Shown here: one piece after another, positions 24,940-37,580 of the stretch
How positions within the stretch are numbered: the first letter of the stretch is position 1
How the letters are laid out: every line of letters begins with the position of its first letter
Assembly: GCA_051362555.1 (NCBI GenBank)
Contig: CM120640.1
Location: 30,647,967 to 30,711,966 of the forward strand
Reading direction: 5' to 3'
DNA: 64,000 nucleotides
Source of the DNA: Lingula anatina
Taxonomy: Eukaryota > Animalia > Brachiopoda
Position numbers and translations under genes: made by a program
The notes under the pieces: model-generated
Told to the model about the DNA's origin: nothing
Seen by the model: the letters and a program-made list of their open reading frames with translations, nothing else
Database searches by the model: none

Positions 24940-25768
24940 TAAAATAGTTAGAGAGTTAACCAAAACAAATATTTCAATATTGCAATGTATTATTTACTCT
25001 AAAAAAAAACAAAAAAAAAAAATGATTTGAGTTTGTTTGTGTAGGAGGTTGCAAATGACCTATAACTGTTATCTGGAAAACAATATATACCCATACAAGA
25101 CTTCTCCTTACTTCTCCTTAATGCCAGATGCAGATTACTCCTTACAATGGGTTTCCGGAATGGGTTGCTGTTAGCACAATATTTGACAGTGTCCTAAATC
25201 TTGCCACACATCATGTATTGTACACATGGATAACACTTAATGCAGCTCTTGGTGCTGTCTTTGACTGCCTGCTTTTTCATGGTAAGGGTACTCTGAAAAA
25301 AGAACAAGATAACTGAAAAAACTGAAAATTACATTGAAAAGACTGGCAAATCCCACGACTTAAAATAGTTAAATGTTAACAATTTTGTCAAATCTAGTCC
25401 AATGTTTTTGAAAATTGTACAAATAAAGCTTAACAACTTTTGTAATCTGAGATAAACTGATCAGTTGACTGTGTCTGATGAATAGTGTTTTTTTTTAATG
25501 GGACAATATATTTGAAAAAACTGAAAATTACACTGAAAACACTGGCAAATCCCATGACTTAAAATAGTTAAACATTAATTACATAATTATAATTTTGTCA
25601 AATCTAGTCCAAAATATGTTTCTGAAAATTGTACAAATTAAGCTTAACAACTTTTATAATATGAGATAAGCTATAATCAGTTGACTGTGTCTAATGAAAA
25701 GAATCTTCTTCGGACAATATATTTGAGAAAATGAAAATTACACTGAAAACACAGGCAAATTCCATGGC
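24940..25768 (-). repeat. Exon-A + 192-bp satellite module
   Basis: Exon-A copy ~25060-25291 followed by satellite monomers. Confidence 0.7.
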
Positions 25769-25769
25769 A

Positions 25770-27746
25770 ACACTGGTACTTCTAGCTGCTCTCATCTTCT
25801 CCATGTACTGGCATTTGTCGCACATCTTGATCTGCAAAATGCAATAAAATGCATATCTATTACAAGGAATGATGTAGTAGCTCATGCTGGCCACAGTGCA
25901 CTAATTAATCTAGTTTGACAGCTTGTTAGAGAAGTTTGCACAAAACAACAAGTGAATAATACTATTCAACAAACCAATCAGAAACAAAATCTGTCACTTT
26001 ATGTCAGTTATGGACAGATGATAGATGGACAGTTTAATACTAAGTTAAATTTATACAAAACTGGTGATTAAAAAAATTGTTTATTTGCCTTAGTGTTTTT
26101 TCACCCAACACACCACTTTATAGGTGTTACGATTTTCTTGTTACAAATTCATCTCATACTTGCCCTTTCTCTCTCTTTCCAAACAGGTATACAAAAAGGT
26201 ATACAACAGTGTTTCCAAAAAACTACAATACATGTACTTTCATACAGTAATGACTACAATTGCTGCATACCCATTTGTTGATGCATGTAACCATGCTTCT
26301 CCAATAGAAGAAGCTCTCAATTTGCCCCAGGGTCTTCTTCTGGCCAAATTGGCTTCCCATAGGGGAATTATGACATTCGCGAAATTTTTTCTTTTTCTCA
26401 TCATTAAATACTACTAGCCTCCTTACACCACTCTTGATATAACACATCTCTGACCCTGAAAATATAGAAAAACAACTCAATTGTACTATTTTAAAACAAG
26501 ATACATATGTAACAGACGGACTCTCTGGTTGTGTAAAATGACTTTATTGCTATAACTAAAATTTTCACCCTGTAATAAAGGTGACATATAATTAGATAAA
26601 ATGACATACAACAAATAACTTATAATTCTATAGTTTACCTCTATGATAAGGAAATAATAAATTCGATATAGATAACTACGGTTTATAAAGGCTATAACGG
26701 CTTACCCTGATCTTATTCAAGGGCGTTTAGAAAGAGTGCTGGATATACCAATACGGCTTGGTCTGAAAACTAAAGAGTAGAAAACGATGTAATACAGTAT
26801 AGTATAGTATAGTGGAGTTGGATATGCAAAAGACAAGATAAAATATAACTAAAATTAACTAGATGACATCCAACTTCCCATATAGAAACAGACAGAAGAA
26901 CAGCAACTTCAGCACTATTTGAAAATACGGCGCCAATGCCTTTTATAATGAGAAGTCACATGACAAAGACGCGGGAAGACAGAACAAAGGGACATAGACA
27001 AAGAAACAGACAAAGGAACAATTAGAGGGCGTCAGAGTCACAGCAAGTCACAAGACAAGACGAGTGACGAGTGCATATTTACACATAGTTACACATATAA
27101 TAGCAGATTTCTGGCCTATAAAAATACCAACTAGAAAAGGTGCACATCTGTCAATACCAGTACTTTGTGGATAAACAGAAAACAGAACTATGGGATATAT
27201 GAACAACCAAGCTGTTATGATAAACTTTAATAGGTAATATTTGTTTCTGTTGCATGTTAAGAAATGAAAATTGTCTTCATTGGACACCAAATGCAGAGTG
27301 AAAATTAAACAAAAGGCACCAGTTACAAAAAGCAAAAGGCTCTCCATATTTAACTACCTACATTTTCTCTTTTCTAATTTCTTGTGCATGATTATATAAC
27401 AACATATACTTTTTTCTATTTCTCACAGATTTTTCAAAATAATTTCATACCACAGGCTTAAATTGTTGAATGAATGTTAGGGAATTAGGTCATGTTTTTT
27501 ACCATGTTTACCAAAATAACAGAACAGGTACAGATTCCAAAAGAAAGTAACATTTGAATATTAAACCAAAATTCATACAAATGGAAAGAACATCATCCTC
27601 TTACCTTCACATACTACATGTAGTATATAGTTCTTAGCCATTCTCCTAACTGATGCCTTGTGGTTGGCATTCCAACCAGCATCTCCTTTCCCTTCCTGCA
27701 GATACTGAAACACATCATCTAGGTTGACCAAATGGCGCTCTGCCAT
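25770..27746 (-). pseudogene. Intron-containing Ginger/GIN1-type integrase, N-terminal + zinc-binding domain (exons 27746-27605, 26455-26271, 25831-~25770), truncated before the DDE core
   Basis: Phase-consistent splicing gives MAERHLVNLDDVFQYLQEGKGDAGWNANHKASVRRMAKNYILHVVCE|GSEMCYIKSGVRRLVVFNDEKKKKFRECHNSPMGSQFGQKKTLGQIESFFYWRSMVTCINKW|IKMCDKCQYMEKMRAARS: YL..G......K..VRR.A..Y, CH....G.(H>Q)FG..KT...I...FYW..M...I..WI..CDKCQ. Confidence 0.8.
26508..27093 (-). mobile_element. Solo LTR (Gypsy-like), 586 bp
   Basis: tgtaac...gttaca termini, 4-bp TSD cata on both sides; TATA-like tataaaaagg and downstream aataaa on minus strand. Confidence 0.7.
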
Positions 27747-27768
27747 GACTGAAAGTAGTATAAGTATA

Positions 27769-28684
27769 GTGACAAGAAGTCTGTAAAACAGATCCTGGTA
27801 CAATCCAACACTCCTGATGACAGTAGGTGAAATAGTGACAAGAAGTCTGTAAAACAGATCCTGGTACAATCCAACACTCCTGAAGACAGTAGGAGAAGTA
27901 GTGACAAGAAGTCTGTAAACAGATCCTGGTACAATCCAACACTCCTGAAGACAGTAGGTGAAGTAGTGACAAGAAGTCTGTAAACAGATCCTGGTACAAT
28001 CCAACACTCCTGAAGACAGTAGGTGAAAGTGACAAGAAGTCTGTAAAACAGATCCTGGTACAATCCAACACTCCTGATGACAGTAGGTGAAGTAGTGACA
28101 AGAAGTCTGTAAAACAGATCCTGGTACAATCCAACACTCCTGATGACAGTAGGTGAAGTAGTGACAAGAAGTCTGTAAAACAGATCCTGGTACAATCCAA
28201 CACTCCTGAAGACAGTAGGTGAAGTAGTGACAAGAAGTCTGTAAACAGATCCTGGTACAATCCAACACTCCTGAAGACAGTAGGTGAAGTAGTGACAAGA
28301 AGTCTGTAAAACAGATCCTGGTACATTCCAACACTCCTGATGACAGTTGGTGAAGTAGTGACAAGAAGTCTGTAAAACAGATCCTGGTACAATCCAACAC
28401 TCCTGATGACAGTAGGTGAAGTAGTGACAAGAAGTCTGTAAAACAGATCCTGGTACAATCCAACACTCCTGAAGACAGTAGGTGAAGTAGTGACAAGAAG
28501 TCTGTAAAACAGATCCTGGTACAATCCAACACTCCTGAAGACAGTAGGTGAAGTAGTGACAAGAAGTCTGTAAACAGATCCTGGTACAATCCAACACTCC
28601 TGAAGACAGTAGGTGAAGTAGTGACAAGAAGTCTGTAAACAGATCCTGGTACAATCCAACACTCCTGAAGACAGTAGGTGACAA
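27769..28684. repeat. 65/66-bp minisatellite, ~14 near-identical copies
   Basis: Unit gtgacaagaagtctgtaaa(a)cagatcctggtacaatccaacactcctga(a/t)gacagtaggtgaagta; explains the three long overlapping minus-strand ORFs. Confidence 0.95.
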
Positions 28685-28727
28685 AAGTCTCAAAATACAC
28701 TCCTTACATACAGATTGAGAGCAAGTC

Positions 28728-29098
28728 CAGGCCTACTCAACTACCAGACTCGGCACCTACGGATCCAGAATAAACCGCTACGATCAAACCTAATTGCTCC
28801 TCAAGGTCACAAAACTATAACCGGTACTGATGGCTAGGCTTGTCTTTATCATATAAGTAGCGCGTTTCCACCCCCTGATTGAGGGAGTCGTCTGTCGTCA
28901 TGTTGTTGTATTCATACGACTCCTACTTGACGAAAACGAGGCACGATACCCGGATGACAGGTAGGCTTACAAAATTTGTGATGGGGTATGATACTCTGAA
29001 ATGCGATCTGACACACACCTTGAAAACGGGTAGTGTGGTCTGATATACTGGTTTATTCTGGAACCGTAGGTGCCGAGTCTGGTAGTTGGGTAGGCCTG
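28728..29098. mobile_element. MITE with ~49-bp TIRs and 5-bp TSD (hAT5-like?)
   Basis: caggcctactcaactaccagactcggcacctacggatccagaataaacc / ggtttattctggaaccgtaggtgccgagtctggtagttgggtaggcctg; TSD aagtc on both sides. Confidence 0.8.
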
Positions 29099-29765
29099 AA
29101 GTCTTTCATCTGATAAAAATGATTGACAGTTACTGAAGACAGGGCATAATTACAAGTAATTGAACTTAACCACTTGAACTGGACAATGCAAGAAGCCATA
29201 CAGTCTTACTTATCATCACCATAAGGTATACTTCAAAATCACCTAGAAAATGTCATCTAGATTTTATGAAATGAATTGAATTGAAGGAGCAATGTGGACC
29301 ATATGTGGACCTTCATATATTGATATACTCCTGTAAATGACGATTTTCCCATACTTACCAATGGTTTATGAATCCGTTCCAACATTCAAAGTTAGCCCAC
29401 AATTTTTTATAAAGTTTTGATTTATTTTTATAATCACTTATGTAATAATATGACTCTCAAGCTAAAAGGTGGTATCCCTTTAAATATATTAAAAAAATAA
29501 AATAAACTTTTTAAGAAAAGCTACTGCACTAACTTTGAACAGATGTCAGAACAGATACATTTATAAATTCAATATATTGGAAAAGTAAAATTATATGCTG
29601 GGTTTAATAATTATGTCTTTATATTGGGCATTAATAGTCAACCTAAAATTTTTTAATGTACTAACCAATGGTAATTATAGAAAACCGTCCTTTACCCCAG
29701 GAAAACTTCCTTTTAAGCCAAAATGAACAGTTCTTCTTCCTTTAAGAAAACTTGAGAACACTTAC

Positions 29766-29847
29766 CATTTACTCAGGTTATCCACAATAACATTGTCCAG
29801 TTGGAAGCCACCACCTTCCATATCAGTCATTTTAACAGACATAACTG
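29766..29847 (-). other. Orphan exon-like segment
   Basis: ttttag acceptor, gtaag donor, open frame VMSVKMTDMEGGGFQLDNVIVDNLSK; no family recognised. Confidence 0.35.
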
Positions 29848-30057
29848 CTAAAAATAAAGATAATTAAACTGATATATATTTCACTTTCATTTATAAGGGC
29901 ATGCAAATCAATTACCAAAACTACGGATATTATTGCATTCATAATTAAAATTGTTATTTTAAAAAGAGGTCTTTAAAAAGTACTTTAAATATCAAAAACC
30001 TTATAGTCATAAACATTACTGACTTGGCCATCCTGAGGTGTCAATAGCGACTTTACA

Positions 30058-33000
30058 GTTTCATTTGCTGTGGCATCTCATCAACTGAATTTTCTGTATT
30101 TGCTTCAAATCATTCTCTTGGTCTTAGTTTTCCCTAGACGTCCAAATTTGTGACCAAGTCGGATAATTTTCTCTGAAGTTTCTTCTTAGATTTTTTTTTC
30201 TCCTCAAGACAGCGATTGGCCTTCATCCTGATTACATATAAATATCTGAGATTACTTTTCTTTCAGGACAGCGATCCACCTTCATCCTGAGTACATACAA
30301 ATTTTTTCAGATTACTTTTTTTTTCAGGACAGCAATCTGCCGTCATCCTAAGAAAATATAAAATATCTCATATTACTTTTTCTTTCAGGACATTCATCCG
30401 CCTTCATCCTGAGTACATATAAATATCTCAGGTTACTTTTCTTTCAGGACAGCGACCCGCCTTCATTCTGAGTAAATATAAATTATCTCATATCACTTTT
30501 TTCAGGACAGCGATCCGCCTTCATCCTGATTACATATAATATCTCAGATTACTTTTCTTTCAGGACAGCCATCCGCCTTCATCCTGAGTAAATATAAAAT
30601 ATCTCATATCACTTTTTTCAGAACAGGGATCCGCCTTCATCCTGATTACGTATAAATATCTGAGAATATTTTTCTTTCAGGACAGCGATCTGCCTTCATC
30701 CTGAGTACATACAAATTTTCTCAGATTACTTTTCTTTCAGGACAGCGATCCGCCTTCATCCTGAGTACATACAAATTATTTCAGATTACTTTTCTTTCAG
30801 GACAGCGATCCGCCTTCATCCTGAGTAAATATAAAATATCTCAGATTATTTTTTTTTCAAGACAGCGATCCACCTTCATCCTGAGTAAATATAAAATATC
30901 TCAGATTATTTTTTTTTCAAGACAGCGATCCACCTTCATCCTGAGTAAATATAAAATATCTCAGATTATTTTTTTTCAGGACAGCGATCCTCCTTCATCC
31001 TGATGAAATATAACTGATTGAACCGTCTCTTTAATAGATAATCTTTTAAGTAAGCTGGTTGTCTGATTGTTCTCTTTGGTCTGGTGTAAATTGGTTCTTC
31101 AATATGATCACCGTTTCACTTGCTGTGGCATCTCACCAACTGAATTTTCTGTATTTGCTTCACATCATTCTCTTGGTCTTTGTTTTCCCTAGATGTCCAA
31201 CTTTGTGACCAAGTCGGATAACTTTTCTCTGAATTTCTTCTCAGATTATTTTTTCTCCTCAAGATAGCAATCAGCCTTCATCCTGATTACATATAAATAT
31301 CTGAGATTATTTTTCTTTCAGGACAGCGATCCGCCTTCATCCTGAGTACATACAAATTATTTCAGATTACTTTTCTTTCAAGACTGTGATCCGCCTGCAT
31401 CCTGAGTAAATATAAAATATCTCAGATTACTTTTCTTTCAGGACAGCGATCCGCCTTCATCCTGATTACATATAAATATCTCAGATTACTTTTCTTTCAG
31501 GACAGCGATCCGCCATCATCCTAAGTAAATATAAAATATCTCATATCACTTTTTTCAGGACAGCGATCCGCCTTCATCCTGATTACATATAAATATCTGA
31601 GATTATTTTTCTTTCAGGACAGCGATCCGCCTTCGTCCTGATTACATATAAATATCTGAGATTACTTTTATTTCAGGACAGCGATCCGCCTTCATCCTGA
31701 GTAAATACAAAATATCTCATATCACTTTTTTCAGGACAGCGATCCGCCTTCATCCTGATTACATATAAATATCTGAGCTTATTTTTCTTTCAGGACAGCG
31801 ATCTGCCTTCATCCTGAGTACATACAAATTTTCTGAGATTACTTTTCTTTCAGGACAGCGATCCGCCATCATCCTAAGTAAATATAAAATATCTCATATC
31901 ATTTTTTTCAGGACAGCGATCCGCCTTCATCCTGAGTACATACAAATTATTTCAGATTACTTTTCTTTCAGGACAGCGATCCGCCTTCATCCTGAGTAAA
32001 CATAAAATATCTCAGATTATTTTTTTTTTCAAGACAGCGATCCACCTTCATCCTGATTGAACTGTCTCTTTAATAGATAATCTTTTAAGTAAGCTGGTTG
32101 TCTGATTGTTCTCTTTGGTCTGGTGTAAATTGGTTCTTCAATATGATCACCGTTTCACTTGCTGTGGCATTTCACCAACAGAATTTTCTGTATTTGCTTC
32201 ACATCATTCTCTTGGTCTTTGTTTTCCCTAGATGTCCAACTTTGTGACCAAGTCGGATAACTTTTCTCTGAATTTCTTCTCAGATTATTTTTTTCTCCTC
32301 AAGACAGCAATCGGCCTTCATCCTGATTACATATAAATATCTGAGATTATTTTTCTTTCAGGACAGCGATCCGCCTTCATCCTGAGTACATACAAATTAT
32401 TTCAGATTACTTTTCTTTCAGGACAGTGATCCGCCTGCATCATGAGTAAATATAAAATATCTCAGATTACTTTTCTTTCAGGACAGCGATCCGCCTTCAT
32501 CCTGAGTAAATATAAAATATCTCATATCACTTTTTTCAGGACAGCGATCCGCCTTCATCCTGATTACATATAAATATCTGAGATTATTTTTATTTCAGGA
32601 CAGCGATCCGCCTTCATCCTGAGTACATACAAATTCACTCAGATTATTTTTCTTTCAGGACAGCGATCCGCCTTCATCCTGAGTAAATATAAAATATCTC
32701 ATATCACTTTTTTCAGGACAGCAATCCGCCTTCATCCTCATTACATATAAATATCTGAGATTATTTTTCTTTCAGGACAGCGATCCGCCTTCGTCCTGGG
32801 TACATACAAATTATTTCAGTTTACTTTTCTTTCAGGACAGCGATCCGCCTTCATCCTGAGTAAATATAAAATATCTCATATTACTTTTCTTTCAGGACAG
32901 CGATCCGCCTTCATCCTGATTACATATAAATATCTCAGATTACTTTTCTTTCAGGACAGCGATCCGCCTTCATCCTGAGTAAATATAAAATATCTCATAT

Positions 33001-33600
33001 CACTTTTTTCAGGACAGCAATCCGCCTTCATCCTGATTACATATAAATATCTGAGATTATTTTTCTTTCAGGACAGCGATCCGCCTTCGTCCTGATTACA
33101 TATAAATATCTGAGATTACTTTTATTTCAGGACAGCGATCCGCCTTCATCCTGAGTAAATATAAAATATCTCATATCACTTTTTTCAGGACAGCGATCCG
33201 CCTTCATCCTGATTACATATAAATATCTGAGATTATTTTTCTTTCAGGACAGCGATCCGCCTTCATCCTGATTACATATAAATATCTGAGATTATTTTTC
33301 TTTCAGGACAGCGATCCGCCTTCATCCTAAGTAAATATAAAATATCTCATATCATTTTTTTCAGGACAGCAATCCGCCTTCATCCTGAGTACATACAAAT
33401 TATTTCAGATTACTTTTCTTTCAGGACAGCGATCTGCCTTCATCCTGAGTAAACATTAAATATCTCAGATTATTTTTTTTTTCAAGACAGCGATCCACCT
33501 TCATCCTGATTGAACTGTCTCTTTAATAGATAATCTTTTAAGTAATCTGGTTGTCTGATTGTTCTCTTTGGTCTGGTGTAAACTGGTTCTTCAATATGAT
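30058..33600 (-). repeat. Higher-order satellite: three arrays of ~60-bp monomers (about 13, 13 and 20) separated by Gypsy integrase-derived spacers
   Basis: Monomer ~tcagattacttttctttcaggacagcgatccgccttcatcctgagtaaatataaaatatc; spacers at ~31020-31240 and ~32058-32280 translate (minus) to VIRLGHKVGHLGKTKTKRMM and YTRPKRTIRQPAYLKDY. Confidence 0.85.
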
Positions 33601-34497
33601 CACTGTTTCACTTGCTGTGGCATCTCATCAACTGAATTTTCTGTATTTGCTTCACATCATTCTCTTGGTCTTTGTTTTACCTAGGTGTCCAAGTTGGATA
33701 ACTTTTCTCTGAAGTTTCTGAATCCTGTCATTTCTGTAAATGAGTCCTTCAATAATACTAAATTCTTCTCTCATGTGCCAGTATGGTTCAATCTCCTCAT
33801 CTTTTCTGTATAGATTCCAATCTCTTGTTGAGATTCTCCCTCCAAGTTTGATTAGTGTTGGGTCAGTGAGGGTTTTTTCTGCTATCTCTTTGAGAATCAC
33901 TGCATTTTCAGATTTTACCATCCATCTGATCATCCTCTCTGTACTATCACCACCCGTTTGTGGCTGTGGCTGTCTGGAGAGATAATCAAGAAGGTCTGCA
34001 TCATTCTTTCCTGGCTCATATACCACATCATGGTCAACACCTTGGAAGTCCATCACCCATTTCTGTATTCTCGATGGTAATTTTGCTTGTACTTTGTTAA
34101 ACCTGGGTGGATACTTATGGTTTGTGTGCTGTGATAATATTGACCTTTGGAGCACCCTGTAGGTATATTCTCATCCTGTACTTTGCCCATCTTACGGCCA
34201 ATGCATCTTTTTCGGTCTGTGAATATTTCTTCTCTGTATCTGTCAGTGCTCTGCTTTGCTTTGTCCGTTTCTTGGAACAGTCCTGCTGACAACCCTTCGT
34301 TAAGACTGGCTTCTGTTCTCAGTATTATTAGTTTGCCTGGTTCAAAGAAGGCCATTGTTTTGCTGCTGGTGATAGTTTCTTTTAATTTCTCGAAGGCTTT
34401 TTCTTCCTCATCTCACCAACGGCATTTCACATCTTGCTTGGTCAGTTCTAATAGTGGAGCAGTCAGTGAGGCATAATCCTCTATAAAGTTGTCTAGG
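33510..34497 (-). mobile_element. Ty3/Gypsy pol remnant (RT connection, RNase H, integrase zinc finger, C-terminal tail; core deleted)
   Basis: FIEDYASLTAPLLELTKQDV..EEEKAFEKLKETIT..MAFFEP..LRTEASLNEGLSAGLFQ..RIQKWVMDFQGVDHDVVYEPGKND..DYLSR..IIEGLIYRNDRI..GHLGKTKT; frameshifts and stops. Confidence 0.85.
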
Positions 34498-35916
34498 CAT
34501 GGATGTCTTGGATCACCTATATACACGTACTGAAAAAAAATGGGTTCATTTGAGATGTATGTTGAATAACCAATAAATAAATAACATTCATTATTATCAA
34601 TTTAGCTTGGCATCCTAAGTGAATTTTTGAAGGACATTCATTGTAATTTTACATCTTCAGCAGTCCAGCATGTCTCAACATGAGAAGCAACACTATATTT
34701 GAGAATGGTGAAGCCCTATTTACAGTATACTTGGCTACGTAATGTACGAGTTCCTAACATGCAAAGCAATACTGCACTCCAGTTGGAGGACTATGGTTTA
34801 ATAGAGAGTTATAAAGATACGAAGGACGAAGCGAACACTGCAAAAATCCCCACAAGTAACTTTTATAGTAGCTCTAAGACAAGTACATCATAGAAACCCT
34901 ATTGCTACTAATTTACTCTGCTAGTGCTTTTAAAGGTTTACCTCAGATGTTTCCAGGAATCCAGATCTACTGTATAACACCTATAACACTGGGATCAGCG
35001 GATCCCTTTGTCTACCCCTTCAGGGTTCTCCCCAGGCCTTTATAGCGTATCGGCAGCGATACGCATTTCTTTTTGCCGATACGCTTCTTTTTTTGCCGAC
35101 ACGTTTCTTTAAGATAAAAATTCAGTTCGGTGAAGTTGCAGGGTTGGCTGTCCGACCAGGGAATTATATCGAATTATGACGGACAGGTCATGATTTATGA
35201 GAAATTTGGAGCAAAAATCTTTTAAAAAATCATTTTTGATGCATACTAACGTCTTTTTCTCTTCCTAGACGGTACTGAAAAGAGTGACCTACTTTTGGCA
35301 CAAAACACATGCAGTCGCAAAATGAATTGTGAACAAACTTACCGCCAAATTATGAAAGTGAACACCCTCCAGAACTTCACAAGACAAAATTTATTCACAT
35401 AACAGGCTCACTACTGAATATTTATTTGGTTAAAAATCTTCGTGCTCTAGAGATAAAGACCGTTCCAAAAACAGAAACTACACAAGTACTGTGCAACAGC
35501 CAGATTGATCTGGATGAACTAGATATATCTAGTTCGTTGTCAAGGCAACATACTGCCTGTCAATCAAATACGTTGTACGCTATCTACTTACTATAGAACG
35601 TGAAATCTTTGGGACTGAAGATCTTGTTGAAATATTGTTTATTTGCCAAAATAAAACATGAAATTTTGTATGATGTTTTCTTTAATGACTTTAGCATCAC
35701 CTATATTATTTACAGTTAAAAATTTAGTGCTGGAATATGATAAATTAACATTGCTGTCATATACCCGTGTGATATTGATGTAAGTTAGATATATTAGTAA
35801 TAACAAATATGAGAATTTAAATAAAAAGGGGGACTTTTTTATACTGCTTTTATTTAACTCATATATTAAAAAAATCAAACACATGATAACCCCTAAAAAG
35901 TTGAATTGTTAACATA

Positions 35917-37580
35917 CAGGGTTAATTACCACTTAATATGGAATATTTTTTATCAATGTTATTTTTGAGTGCTGATTAAAATTTTTTGGCTTGAGTCATT
36001 AAAAAAGTATGTCACTGAGTGATAATAACATCCAGTCTTCTGTTGTGAGATATTTTGGTCAATAATATTAAATCTGACATAAGATGCCATTCAAAAGAAA
36101 GGAACACCCCCAGAAAACCATATCAACAGTTTGATGTCAGTATAAACTTTAAGATAAGATATTAAAGAAAATGATAGCCTCCGGACAGTGATATGTTACA
36201 CAGTCAAAGAACTCACTACAGTAAATCATGAAAAGTCAGTAATTGCGGGTATGACCTCCAGCAGCCGCTTGCAGCGCCCTCATCCTACGTGGCATATCCT
36301 GTGACACGTTTTTTAGAGTTTGGGTGGGGATATCATTCCCTAGCAGTGATATTTACCTGTCGCAGTTCATCACTATTTACCGGCCGAGGACCATAGCTAT
36401 TAATTCTGTGAGTTACTTCCACCCACAGATTTTCAATTGGGTTCATATCTGGATAGTTTGCAGGCCAGGGCAGTTGCTGAACCCATTGGTTTTGAAGAAA
36501 AACAGTGATTCTGCGGCCTCGATGTGGGGTTGCGCAGTCGTCTTGGTACACAAAGTTGTTCCTGAAGATGAATCTTACCAATCGAAGCATTGTTTGCTGT
36601 AGAATGTCTCTGTAGGAATCCTGGATGAGGTTGTCTCCTAGAAAAACCAACTGGTTCTGGGCACCGACATGAAATACCCCCCAAACAGAGACGTTACCAT
36701 CCCCTGCTTGCACCCTAGGCAGTACACAATCATTGTTTTATGCCCCTCGTACACGTCGATGGACACGGATTCGACGATCAACCCTAAAAAATCCATATCT
36801 GGCCTTATCACTGAAAACAACGTGATTCCAGTGTTTTGGCTGCAAACGCGCGTGGTCCCCAGCCCTTTGCAGACGTCGCTGAATATGACCTGCTGTTAAC
36901 AGTGGTTTCCATACTGGCCTTCGTGCAAAATAACCGGCTTGCAGAAATCTCTTGTTCACGTGAGACCTTGAAACGGGCGTTTGAATGACATTCTGCCTCT
37001 CTTTTTTGAGGACACTGGTTGTCTTTGTACGACCAGCACCGCGTCCACTAAGGAGAAGGCGATCCTGTCTTCTTGATGTGATACGCGGACACCCTGGCCG
37101 AGGTATTGGAGTAGGTGCCCCTGTAGCAGCATTTCTTTGGAGGACTTCACAAACGGTTCCTGATAAATGTTGAATTACCTGGCAATGGCTGTCCGTTTCT
37201 GGCCATTTTCTCTGAGAGCAAGAATCCCATAGTAAGCTGCGTTGCTTTGCTGTCGTACCATATCTTCACTAAGGTACCTGTCAAGTTTCAGAGCGATCCC
37301 TTTGTTGCTTCTCTAAACACGCTCCAAAGATTGACCAAACCCATGCGTTTTTATACAAGGGCAGAAATTGCCGAAAAGACCACCCCTCACATTTATGACC
37401 ACAGAACATGCAACTGCATGCATCAATTAATTCGAGAGTTGTGTGGTAATTAGGTAACACATCTGGCTACACATGGAGTGACACCTCAGCTTTGCATTTA
37501 AAGTAGTTAGAGAGAAATTAAATATTTTGTAGAAAATTTATTCGCCAAAAAATAATATTCCATATTAAGTGGTAACCCTG
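35917..37580 (-). mobile_element. Tc1/mariner element, full length, degraded
   Basis: TA flanks; TIRs cagggtta(atta)ccacttaatatggaatatt; 1.66 kb. Confidence 0.9.
36230..37261 (-). pseudogene. Tc1-type DD34E transposase pseudogene
   Basis: RRPVWKPLLT..WNHVVFSD..VWGVF..FVYQDDCATPH..WPANYPDMNPIENLW spread across frameshifted ORFs. Confidence 0.9.

Noticed and set aside
27573-28700. Three overlapping 315-375 aa ORFs
   Set aside because: Products of a stop-free 65/66-bp minisatellite; only the last ~48 codons (integrase exon) look truly coding
27769-33510. CRISPR-like appearance of the 66-bp and 60-bp arrays
   Set aside because: No unique spacers, no cas genes, eukaryotic context; simple tandem repeats
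34560-34740. Possible LINE endonuclease fragment (VETCW)
   Set aside because: Only one weak motif; not enough support
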